A stretch of 32,000 bases of DNA from Vulcanisaeta distributa DSM 14429 (GTDB lineage Archaea > Thermoproteota > Thermoprotei > Thermoproteales > Thermocladiaceae). Position 1 is the first letter of the stretch. Each line of letters starts with the position of its first letter. The translations under genes and the position numbers were made by a program. Shown piece by piece: positions 16,800 to 26,001 of this stretch. Location of the stretch: positions 1,350,001-1,382,000 of the forward strand of contig NC_014537.1 of assembly GCF_000148385.1 (NCBI RefSeq), read 5' to 3'. The notes beneath the pieces are model-generated. The model did not search any database and was not told the DNA's origin. It saw nothing but the letters and a program-made list of their open reading frames with translations.

Positions 16800-17216
16800 T
16801 CATGATGTTTTAGCTGGTTTACCTGTTATCCCGTACTTCTGAGCCCACTCCTCAAATACCTTTTGCTCCTCTGGCGTTAACTCATGACTGAACCTATACC
16901 ACCCATCCTTCTTCCTCGCGGTCTCAGGTGATTCGGGGGTCTTCCATATGCAGTTCACTGGGCATACGGGTATGCAGGAGAAATCATCATAACATAGGTC
17001 CCATATTAGCCTCGCCTTACCATTCTCATCAAGCTCCCATGCCTGGTATGGGCACACACTTACGCACGCACCACAGCCAATACATATGTCCTGATCATCA
17101 ATAACCCTTATGTACTTCCTTAGCTCCTCAGCAGGCTTTCTCTGAGCCATGGCTGGTCTTAGTAGGATTACCTCTCCCCTTTTATACGGATTACTATTGA
17201 GACTATCGTACGTCAA
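16800..17216 (-). CDS. 4Fe-4S ferredoxin-domain protein with a C-terminal extension
   Basis: CIGCGACVSVCP, plus a second atypical cluster motif CYDDFSCIPVCPVNC. It lies 80 nt downstream of narJ on the same strand. An alternative start at MAQRK is possible. Confidence 0.75.
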   Translation of the reverse strand: MTYDSLNSNPYKRGEVILLRPAMAQRKPAEELRKYIRVIDDQDICIGCGACVSVCPYQAWELDENGKARLIWDLCYDDFSCIPVCPVNCIWKTPESPETARKKDGWYRFSHELTPEEQKVFEEWAQKYGITGKPAKTS

Positions 17217-17253
17217 TTCACGTAAGAAGTCTCAATTACTTTTCCGTTCTCAC

Positions 17254-17282
17254 CGTAAAAATAAATAATCTATATTTTTACG
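17254..17282. repeat. Perfect 10-bp inverted repeat CGTAAAAATA-N9-TATTTTTACG between narJ and the ferredoxin gene
   Basis: Read directly: 17254-17263 is the reverse complement of 17273-17282. Confidence 0.6.
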
Positions 17283-17295
17283 AGAAACTGATCGC

Positions 17296-17808
17296 TCATC
17301 GCTCAATTTCACTTAGCATGATCTTCACGGCATTGAGAAGGTGGATGTAAGGATTTTCCTGGGGCATGTTCTTCCTTATTTTATCAATGACATCGCTTAG
17401 TATATTTACTAAATGCTTGAACTGGGTATCCTTTATGCATTTATTGTTGCATTTTGCTATGAACCTAAGTATTGTTGGTATGTAGTCGGGTAATTCACTC
17501 CTGTTATAATTAAATCCATACTTATTGTAAAGCTCCATTAAGCTTGCCAGGAACAAACCCCTCTTACTTCTATCGCCATAAACGTGGTATGATAGGTAAA
17601 GATTAGTTTTACTTGACATGTCGAAGGTTTCCACGTAAATTTCTTGCAAATAGTAAAGATCACGGCTTAATACCTCCCTTATGAAAATTTCAATCTCCCC
17701 AATACCATAACCATCATTGACGCTCATTAATTTTAAATCACTAATTAACCTAGCCGTTGGGTATTCGAGCAGATCCGCGATTAATTCAAGGATCGACTGC
17801 CTATTCAT
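17296..17808 (-). CDS. narJ: Nitrate reductase assembly chaperone (delta subunit)
   Basis: LLEYP, YVETFD and SELPDYIPTILRFIA match the NarJ/TorD-family blocks of E. coli NarJ (LLEYP, YSELFD, ELPDHLPLYLEYLA). It overlaps narH by 8 nt. Confidence 0.8.
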   Translation of the reverse strand: MNRQSILELIADLLEYPTARLISDLKLMSVNDGYGIGEIEIFIREVLSRDLYYLQEIYVETFDMSSKTNLYLSYHVYGDRSKRGLFLASLMELYNKYGFNYNRSELPDYIPTILRFIAKCNNKCIKDTQFKHLVNILSDVIDKIRKNMPQENPYIHLLNAVKIMLSEIER

Positions 17809-19333
17809 TGAAGGCCTCCCTACTGATTCTTATCTTTATCTTACCATTACTAATAAATTGATTTCTTAATTCAGGCACAGCCTCCTTAAACTGATCATAC
17901 CCACACATACCCTGCTCCGAATAGGCATTAAGCATGTTCTCCTTATGTGACTTAGGTATTACGAACCTATCCTCATACTTAGCAATAGCCAACAGCCTAT
18001 ACATTTCAAGTACGTCTTGCTCCGTTAATCCAACCTCCTTAAGCGCATCCTTATTAGGGCTTTTAAGCTCAAGGCTCCTCATGTAGATCCTCATCGCCAA
18101 TAACCTCTTAAGGGCATTACGTATTAACTCCTCATTGCCCGCAGTAAACATGCTTGCTAAGTACTTAATGGGTATCCTTAATGAATCAATTTTCGGAAAT
18201 ACATCCTCCGGCGCTACCTCACCTAACTCCTCACCACCAAACAGCCTGAGCACGGGGCTTAGTGGTGGTACGTAAAATACCATGGGTAGGGTCCTATACT
18301 CCGGGTGTAGTGGGAAGGCTATGCGCCACTTTTTAACGAGCTTATAGGTTGGTGATCTTTGGGCAGCCTCTATCCAATCATCCCAAATACCATTATCCTT
18401 AGCCAACTTTATAACCTCCGGATCACTTGGATCAAGTATTATCGATAATTGAGCATCCACCAATTTCTTTGGGTCGGGTTCAGAGGCCGCCTTCAGTACG
18501 GAATCGGCATCATAAAGCAATATTCCAATATACCTAATCCTGCCAACGCATGTTTCCGAGCATACCGTAGGTAGTCCATTCTCAATCCTTGGGTAGCAGA
18601 ATGTGCACTTCTCAGCCTTATGGGTCTGCCAATTAAAGTATACCTTTTTGTACGGGCATGCCGATACGCAGAATCTCCAACCGCGGCATCTTCCCTGGTC
18701 AACAAGCACAATGCCATCCTCCTCCCTCTTATAGATGGCGCCTGACGGGCATGCGGCAACGCATGGCGCGTTAAGGCAATGATTGCATATCCTGGGCAGG
18801 TAGAACATGAACGTCCGCTCAAACTCAAGTTTAATCTCCTCCTCAAGACTTGCCAAATTAGGGTCTTGGGACGCTATTTCCGGTGAGCCTGCAAGGTCAT
18901 CATCCCAATTAGGACCCCACCTAACCTCCACTTCATCACCTGTTATTAATGACCTTGGTTTAGCAACAGGTTGCTCACCCTGTTCAGACTCTATTAGTCG
19001 TTCATAATCATAGGTCCAAGGCTCGTAATAATCATCAATAGTAGGTAGGTATGGGTTATAGAATATCCTCAGCAATCTTGAGATCTTACCGCCAATCCTA
19101 AGCCTAAGCCTTCCATTTCTCAACTCCCAACCACCCTTATATCTCTCCTGATCCTCCCAACGCCTCGGATACCCAATACCCGGCCTTGTCTCGACATTAT
19201 TCCACCACATGTACTCCGCACCCGGTCTATTAGTCCAGGTATTCTTGCACGTTATACTACACGTATGGCAGCCAATGCACTTATCGAGGTTCATGACCAT
19301 GGAGATGTGGGCCAGGACCCTCATCACCATCAC
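17801..19333 (-). CDS. narH: Respiratory nitrate reductase beta subunit (Fe-S)
   Basis: MNLDKCIGCHTCSITCKNTWTNRPGAEYMWWNNVETRPGIGYP is nearly colinear with E. coli NarH, and further Cys clusters are present. The GTG/ATG start overlaps the narG stop. Confidence 0.95.
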   Translation of the reverse strand: MMVMRVLAHISMVMNLDKCIGCHTCSITCKNTWTNRPGAEYMWWNNVETRPGIGYPRRWEDQERYKGGWELRNGRLRLRIGGKISRLLRIFYNPYLPTIDDYYEPWTYDYERLIESEQGEQPVAKPRSLITGDEVEVRWGPNWDDDLAGSPEIASQDPNLASLEEEIKLEFERTFMFYLPRICNHCLNAPCVAACPSGAIYKREEDGIVLVDQGRCRGWRFCVSACPYKKVYFNWQTHKAEKCTFCYPRIENGLPTVCSETCVGRIRYIGILLYDADSVLKAASEPDPKKLVDAQLSIILDPSDPEVIKLAKDNGIWDDWIEAAQRSPTYKLVKKWRIAFPLHPEYRTLPMVFYVPPLSPVLRLFGGEELGEVAPEDVFPKIDSLRIPIKYLASMFTAGNEELIRNALKRLLAMRIYMRSLELKSPNKDALKEVGLTEQDVLEMYRLLAIAKYEDRFVIPKSHKENMLNAYSEQGMCGYDQFKEAVPELRNQFISNGKIKIRISREAFNE

Positions 19334-22300
19334 CCCAACCTCCTAATTATCACAACCTCATCTCTCTGGGTACCGACTGGGCCGTAGTAATTAACCGCCC
19401 AACTTAATTGGGCATAACCACCGATCATGTGCGTCGGCTTAACCCTAACCCTAGTGGCACTGTTATGGGTACCACCCGGCCTATTAGTCAGTTTGGACCT
19501 ACCGACATTCACAGTCCTCTCTTGGGCATGATACATGATCACGGTACCCCTCGGAACTCTTATCGACGTGACAGCCCTAGCCACGATTACACCATTCCTA
19601 TTAATCACCTCGACCCAATCATTATCCTTAATACCCACCTCCTTCGCATCATCGCTATTAATCCAAATAACGGGACCCCCTCTAAATAGCGTTAGCATTA
19701 TTTGATTATCCATGTATGTTGAGTGTATCTGCCACTTACCATGCGGCGTCAAGTAACGTGCAACCAAGTACTTACCACTAATGCTAGGTCCCTCACCGCT
19801 ATTAAACGGTACCTGGACAACGGGAGGTTTATACGTCGGTAGCTGCTCCCCAAACTCTATGATCCACTCATGATCCAGGTACACGTGCTGCCTACCCGTC
19901 AACGTCCTCCAAGGCACTAAGTCCTCCACATTTAATGCAAATGGCGTATATGGCCTCTCCTCAGATTCCTTACCGCTCCAAATAGGTGTCCTTAACACCC
20001 TCCTTGGTTGGTAGGATAGATCACTGAAATGTATCACCACCTCTCTTTGATTTTCCACAATATGCGTTAAGTCAATACCAACCCTACCACTAAGCGCCTT
20101 GTATGCCTTATACGATGCCTCGCCATTAGTCGTACTAGATAAATGCAGTATTGCCTCAGCAACCTGATAATCCCTAACCAATAGTGGGTGACCGTGCTCG
20201 TCAATCCCATTAAGTCTACCGACTCCCTCATACTCCTCCCTGGCACTCCACGTAATACCCTTAGCACCTATTGAATCCTTAATTAGGGGACCAAGTGTGA
20301 TCATCTTATGGTACACATCGCAGTAATCACGCTCAACAATAACAATGTTCGGGCCAGACCTATTGCCCAGTTCACCAGGCGTATCATGCAGTAACGGTAC
20401 AGCAATCACATCCTTGACCTTGCCTAGGTATTTGCACGCCATCTCACTGAATTTCTTGGCTAACGCCACGAATATGTCCCAATCAGCCTTAGCCTCCCAG
20501 GGTGGTGGTATGGCCTGGTTAAATGGATGTATAAACGGATGTAGGTCCGTGGTGCTTAGGTCATTCTTCTCATACCAGGTCGCCGCAGGTAGCACTATGT
20601 CTGAGTATAGCGCTGATGTGCTCATCCTGAAGTCAATCGTGACCACTAAGTCAAGCTTTCCTATGGGTGCGGGTTCACGCCAATTGACGAGCTTAGGCTT
20701 TATCAATCCCTCCTTAGCCATCACCGAATTATCTGTGCCTAGTAGGTGCTTGAGTACGTACTCATGACCCTTACCACTCGAGGCGAGGAAGTTAGCCCTC
20801 CACATGAATAATACCCTTGGGAAGTTTTCCGGTGCGTCGGGATCCTCGACAGCGAACCTTATGTTACCCCTCGTAAGTCCTTCCTTTACGTACTTAATAA
20901 CCTCCTCATCACTCCTTGCCCCAGCCTTGGTGGCTTCATCATAGAGTCTTATTGGATTGATGTTGAACTGTGGATAGAATGGTAACCACCCATTCTTGAC
21001 CGCAATAACGTTATAGTCCACTGGATGCTCATACTCGGGGTTAACGGCAACCTTACCCATGCTTAGGTCCTCATACCTATATTGGTCACTGTGTATGTAG
21101 GACCATGACGTGGTGTTCTGGAGCCTTGGTGGTCTAACCCAATCCTGGGCGAAGGCTATGTGGGACCAGGAATCAAGGGGCCTAACCTTCTCTTGACCCA
21201 CGTAGTGCGCCCAGCCACCTCCATTAACACCTATGGTTCCGAGCAGCATAAGCATTGTTATTATCGCTCTATAAATGAGGTCTGAGTGGTACCAATGGTT
21301 AATGCCTGAGCCTACGATGACCATAGACCTACCCCCAGTCAACTCAGCATTCCTAGCGAACTCCCTCGCAACCCTAATTGCAACCTTCCTATCAACACCC
21401 GTTATCATCTCCTGCCAAGCCGGCGTAAATGGCTTAGGATCATCATAACTTGATGGATAATCACCAGGTAAGCCCCTGTTGACACCTACATGGGCAAGCA
21501 GTAGGTCGTAGACAGTCGTGACCAGTAAGTCCTTATTACCAATACTCAATCTCTTAACGGGAACTCCCCTGATGATTGGTATTGGCCCCTTATCATCAAA
21601 AACGTAGGTCTGAACCAATACTATATCATCATGCATGCCCAATAATGTTAACGCAGGATCTATGGGTTTACCCGTTATTGAGTCCTCGAGCTTAAGGTTC
21701 CACCTACCCTCATTACTCCACCTAAATCCAATACTACCATTGGGGATAGCTAACTGCTTAGTATTTAAGTCAAGGACTACGGTCTTCCACTCCGCATTTG
21801 GTACATTCAGCCCTAAGTCTGAAGCCCTCAGAAACCTACCCGGTATGTAGGAATCTCCACTCCTCTCTAATACTACTAAGAACGGTAAGTCTGTATACCT
21901 CTTAACGTAGTTTATGAAGTAATCCACCTGCCTATCCACGTAGAACTCCCTCAATATGACGTGAATCATCGACATAGCCAAGGCAGCATCAGTGCCGGGC
22001 TTAGGCGCTATCCATAAGTCTGCGAATTTTGTAACGTCGGTATAATCCGTGGTCACAACGACCACCTTCGTACCTCTATACCTGGCCTCAGCTAGGAAGT
22101 GGGCGTCTGGGGTCCTCGTCATGGCTATGTTCGTGCCCCAGACAATTATGTACATTGAGTTGAACCAATCAGCACTCTCATGCACGTCAGTCTGCTCACC
22201 CCATACCTGTGGTGACGCGATTGGTAGGTCCGCATACCAATCATAAAAGCTTAGCATCACACCACCTATTAACTCAAGGAATCTCGACCCAGATGAGAAG

Positions 22301-22908
22301 CTTACCATGGACATTGCGGGTATTGGCGTGAAGCCAAATATTCTATCTGGCCCGTAGGTCCTTATTGTGTATATCAGCGCCGCCGATATTAATTCGAGGA
22401 CCTCATCCCAGGAAGCCCTAACAAAGCCGCCCTTACCCCTAGCTGACTTATACCTACTGGCTAACCCTGGGTTTGTGACTATGTACTCCCAAGCCCTCAC
22501 GGGATCCCCTGTCTTCGATATCGCCTCCCTCCATAGCCTCATGAGCTCACCCCTAACGTATGGATGCTTGATACGTAATGGGCTGTATATGTACCACGAG
22601 AATGACGCACCCCTCGGGCAGCCCCTCGGCTCGTACTCAGGCATGTTTGGTCCATTGGTTGGGTAATCAACCGCCTGATGCTCCCAAACCACTATACCAT
22701 CCTTAACATAGACCCTCCAGCTACATGAACCTGTGCAGTTAACGCCGTGTGTCGACCTAACCACCTTATCATACTGCCAGCGATTCCTGTACAGGTCCTC
22801 CCAAGCCCTATCCGCATTATCCAACTCACTCCATCCATTGTTAAACCTCTCTCTGGGCAGGAAGTGCCTGAAGACCTCCTTAATGAAGTTGGCCTTAGGC
22901 ATGGACAA
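19330..22908 (-). CDS. narG: Respiratory nitrate reductase alpha subunit (Mo-bisPGD), cytoplasmic type without a Tat signal
   Basis: [30 protein letters not shown]...[14 protein letters not shown] closely parallels the E. coli NarG FS0 region. 1192 aa. The track start is a TTG at 22908; an ATG at 22902 (MPKANF) is an alternative. There is no RR motif at the N-terminus. Confidence 0.95.
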   Translation of the reverse strand: [1192 protein letters not shown]

Positions 22909-23602
22909 TCACCTCGGGCCTCCTGGCCCTTCTGTATATTATCCAAGCCCTCCTCAGATAGAATATTGGGTAGCTCCACACGTGGACTAACCTGGTGAAT
23001 GGCCACACGAGGAATAGTATGTACGCGAAGATTATGTGGAGCTGGAACGTTATTGGCACGCCAACCATATAGTTGGAGTTGGGCTGTAGTATGAGGACAG
23101 ACCTCAACCACGCGCCAATAGTTGACCTGTAGGGGAATGGGTGTACGAATATGTCGTATATCAGCGTGTTGTAGAGCCCGAGAGACATGATTATCAGTAT
23201 TAGCACAAGCACGAGTATGTCAGTGACATCACTGGTCTTCCTAACCCTGGGTATGAGGAGCCTCCTCAGGAAGAGTATCCAGGCACCGAAATAAGCAACA
23301 AGTCCTGACACACCGCCCAGTACTATGGCGACCTTATGATACTCCTCACTAGCTATCCCCATGGCCTGGGTAACGCTGGGCGGCACGAGTAGACCCACTA
23401 TGTGGCCAAGGATCACAATTAGTATGCCCCAGTGGAAGAGCTGAGAACCAATGTTCAACCAACGCTTCTCAAGCAATTCACTGGACTTTGATGTCCATGC
23501 ATACTGGTCAACCGCATACCGATACACGTGACCCCCAATGAAGACCACAATGACTATGTAGGGAAGAGAGACCCAAAGAACCTCGTCAAGCGGCGTTACC
23601 AT
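22895..23602 (-). CDS. narI: Respiratory nitrate reductase gamma subunit (dihaem cytochrome b)
   Basis: LFHWGILIVILGHIVG and FQLHIIFAYILFLVWPFTRLVHVWS match the NarI haem-ligand helices. A GGTGAT Shine-Dalgarno-like element lies before the ATG. It overlaps the narG start. Confidence 0.9.
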   Translation of the reverse strand: MVTPLDEVLWVSLPYIVIVVFIGGHVYRYAVDQYAWTSKSSELLEKRWLNIGSQLFHWGILIVILGHIVGLLVPPSVTQAMGIASEEYHKVAIVLGGVSGLVAYFGAWILFLRRLLIPRVRKTSDVTDILVLVLILIIMSLGLYNTLIYDIFVHPFPYRSTIGAWLRSVLILQPNSNYMVGVPITFQLHIIFAYILFLVWPFTRLVHVWSYPIFYLRRAWIIYRRARRPEVIVHA

Positions 23603-23611
23603 GACATCACC

Positions 23612-24937
23612 CTAATGTCCCTTATGCCTACGTTCGTAGGAATAAAGTATTATCCCGAAGATCACAGACAACGCGCCAAACACTGTATAGATAATGAACC
23701 CAAGTGCGTAACCCACGTGGCCGTAAATAGCAACGAAGGCCGCCATGGCAGGTGGTATCAACAATCCACCGGCTGAGCCCAGGCCACCGACCCAGCCAGT
23801 GGCACCACCCACGGCCTCTGGAACGTACTTAGGCACCAACTTAAACACAGCGGCGTTAGCTATGCCCATGCCGATGGCCATGATAATCGTCCCGATGGCA
23901 CTGAGGGTAAAGGTATGGCTTAGCATCATGATTACGCTACCAACGACTAGGACTACGTATGAGACAATGGCCACCTTCTCACCACCCCACTTATCGCTGA
24001 ACCAACCGCCTGGTACCCTCATCAGCGCCGTAAGGAGGGAGTAAACGATGCCGGTCATGAGACCGGCCATTGCAATACTCAGTGATAGGTAGTTAGTCCA
24101 ATATGTTGGCAGCCACTCAGTGAGTGCCTCAAACCCACCAAAGGATATGAAGTACATTACGACTAAGAGCCATGTACGCCAAATCCTGGCAGACTCGCCT
24201 AGGCTCTTAACGGCTGAACCACTGGGTATTAACTCCTCACCAAGCTCCTTAGCCATGCCCACGGCATTATCACGGTTAACCCTCCTAACTAGCTGGAAGT
24301 AGTAGGCGTCGTAACCAATCACGGCGAATATCACGGTCATGACCACCAGGAATACCAACCACGCCGTGTACGCGCCAACCAATCCAAGGCTTGCCAACGC
24401 ATACGGTAGTATGGCCGTGAATATTCCCGGCGCCGCATTACCAAACCCAGCAAAAGCACCCAACGCAAAGCCCTGGCGCTTTTGCGGGAACCAGTAGGAC
24501 ACGTAAGCTATTCCCGATGCAAATGTCGATATTCCCGTGCCAGCAACAGCACCAAAGAGCATTAGAAGTGCGTAATCCAGGACATGCGATGTTACGGCAC
24601 CGGTCAATATCGCATGTAGGGTCAGGATTAACCCAATCATACCGACTACGGCAATGATTAACTGCGTCAGTATTATCCTCCTACCACCAACATTATCAAC
24701 AAGTGCGCCAAAGGGTATTCTAAGTAGGGCGCCCGTTACCAACGGTATTGCAACCAGCCAGCCAACCTCAACAATATTTAAGTGAAGTAGCGGCGCCACG
24801 GTGTGGACCGTTATACCAAATAACGCAACTGCGGCAAACCCTGCAAAGAATGCTACAGTACCAGCTATAAGACCTGTCGTGGGGCTTCCACGAATGCCAT
24901 ACCTCTCTAGTATCTCCTTACGCCTAGGCATGCCCAT
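23612..24937 (-). CDS. narK: MFS nitrate/nitrite transporter
   Basis: 12-TM MFS protein with glycine-rich NNP-type signatures FAGFGNAAPG and GWVGGLGSAGG. It is the first gene of the nar operon. Confidence 0.85.
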   Translation of the reverse strand: MGMPRRKEILERYGIRGSPTTGLIAGTVAFFAGFAAVALFGITVHTVAPLLHLNIVEVGWLVAIPLVTGALLRIPFGALVDNVGGRRIILTQLIIAVVGMIGLILTLHAILTGAVTSHVLDYALLMLFGAVAGTGISTFASGIAYVSYWFPQKRQGFALGAFAGFGNAAPGIFTAILPYALASLGLVGAYTAWLVFLVVMTVIFAVIGYDAYYFQLVRRVNRDNAVGMAKELGEELIPSGSAVKSLGESARIWRTWLLVVMYFISFGGFEALTEWLPTYWTNYLSLSIAMAGLMTGIVYSLLTALMRVPGGWFSDKWGGEKVAIVSYVVLVVGSVIMMLSHTFTLSAIGTIIMAIGMGIANAAVFKLVPKYVPEAVGGATGWVGGLGSAGGLLIPPAMAAFVAIYGHVGYALGFIIYTVFGALSVIFGIILYSYERRHKGH

Positions 24938-25049
24938 ATATGATTTTTCGACCTTTTATTTTTTTCCTAAAATAGGAAGAACCAAAATACTTTGATAAAT
25001 ACCGTGCATATTGATATGAATTTAAATAATTATAAAAATATATAAATCA

Positions 25050-25067
25050 ATGCATAAATATGCATAA
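25050..25067. promoter_or_regulatory. Tandem ATGCATAA repeats at 10-bp phasing in the narK/hemerythrin divergent promoter region
   Basis: ATGCATAA occurs at 25050-25057 and 25060-25067. A third TGCATA is at 25005-25010, and TTGATA occurs at 24992 and 25011. Confidence 0.35.
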
Positions 25068-25183
25068 TAATTCAATCACGACCTCGTTAAGGGCTCCTGT
25101 GACGTTTTTCGTAAGTGTGTGCGTGCATTGTCACGAAATTAAATTATTTAATTATCCTCCAGCTGTCTCACATCTGATTGCGT

Positions 25184-25729
25184 ATGGTTATTAGGGTTAA
25201 TACCGCGTACGTGATTGATAATTTAATTAAGGATCATGATGTTATCCTTGAGTCACTTAAAGTCCTTTATAAGATAGTGAATAGCGATAACCCTGACGCC
25301 AGGGACCTTGAGTTTTTAATAAGGTTCTTTGATGCATTTATTGATAAGTGCCATCATGCTAAGGAGGAGTACATATTGTTCCCATCATTGAACCTGAGGT
25401 TATTTCCATTTGAGGGTAGCCCCGTTTATGTCATGGTTACCGAGCACGGCATTGCCAGGTACTTGATAAGGATAAGCGAGGAACTACTCAGGATATGGAT
25501 TGATAATAAGGATGAGGGTGCAAGGCAGGCATTAATAGATCACCTAAAGCTCCTTGCGGACCACCTTACACAGCATATTAGGAAGGAGAACGATGTGTTG
25601 TTCCCTGGGTCACTGGCATTGGATACGCTAGAGAGTTCGAGAACCGTTGAGGATATTGAGAATGAGACAGGGCATGAGAAGTGGGTTATGGAGATTAATG
25701 AGTTAAAGAAGAAGTACGGCATTACCTAA
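25184..25729 (+). CDS. Hemerythrin-like (HHE cation-binding) domain protein
   Basis: His/Glu ligand pattern: KDHDVILESL, CHHAKEEYILFP, TEHG, HLTQHIRKENDVLFP. The ATG at 25184 is preferred over the TTG at 25178 used by the ORF track. Confidence 0.8.
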   Translation: MVIRVNTAYVIDNLIKDHDVILESLKVLYKIVNSDNPDARDLEFLIRFFDAFIDKCHHAKEEYILFPSLNLRLFPFEGSPVYVMVTEHGIARYLIRISEELLRIWIDNKDEGARQALIDHLKLLADHLTQHIRKENDVLFPGSLALDTLESSRTVEDIENETGHEKWVMEINELKKKYGIT

Positions 25730-25734
25730 ACAAC

Positions 25735-25763
25735 CGTGAAAAAGCTCAATTTTTCGTGAAAAA
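25735..25763. repeat. Direct repeat CGTGAAAAA x2 (20-nt register) enclosing a GAAAAA/TTTTTC hairpin, just after the hemerythrin stop
   Basis: CGTGAAAAA occurs at 25735-25743 and 25755-25763. GAAAAA (25738-25743) is complementary to TTTTTC (25750-25755). The T5 run fits an archaeal terminator. Confidence 0.5.
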
Positions 25764-25950
25764 TATACTTAAAATTATTTAATTACACTACTTAACTTCA
25801 CTTTTCTTAAGGTATTTCCATTAATTTCTAAAAATTTCTAATATTAATGTTTAGTCTCTTTGTAGTATTAATAACCTCCTTAGGCACCTCATAGATGCCA
25901 AATACCTACCCTACCTTAAATACTATCTATTCCACATTATTGTTCTAAAT

Positions 25951-25965
25951 TTTGACTAAGTCAAA
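25951..25965. promoter_or_regulatory. Perfect 15-bp palindrome TTTGACTAAGTCAAA, candidate operator upstream of the wHTH gene
   Basis: Every position pairs around the central A at 25958. It lies 37 nt upstream of the ATG at 26002. Confidence 0.5.
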
Positions 25966-26001
25966 TTTAATTAACGTAGCTCTGCAACTAATTCATACCC
26001 T

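Noticed and set aside
22860-22908. Tat (twin-arginine) signal on NarG
   Set aside because: The N-terminus reads M(S)[20 protein letters not shown], with no S/T-R-R-x-F-L-K motif or hydrophobic h-region. The upstream frame belongs to narI.
19408-23111. Multiple 65-140-aa ORFs inside or antisense to narG/narI (e.g. 19408-19689, 20345-20767, 21635-21850, 22049-22246, 22367-22666, 22692-23111, 22733-22998)
   Set aside because: They lie entirely within genes whose products match NarG/NarI over their full length. Their composition is Ser/Pro/Leu/Arg-rich, typical of shadow frames.
25098-25135. CRP/FNR-like site (TGTGACG ... TGTCACG) upstream of the hemerythrin gene
   Set aside because: Only GTGAC/GTCAC (5 bp) are truly complementary, with a 26-nt spacer. 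It matches neither TGTGA-N6-TCACA nor TTGAT-N4-ATCAA, so it is too weak to call.
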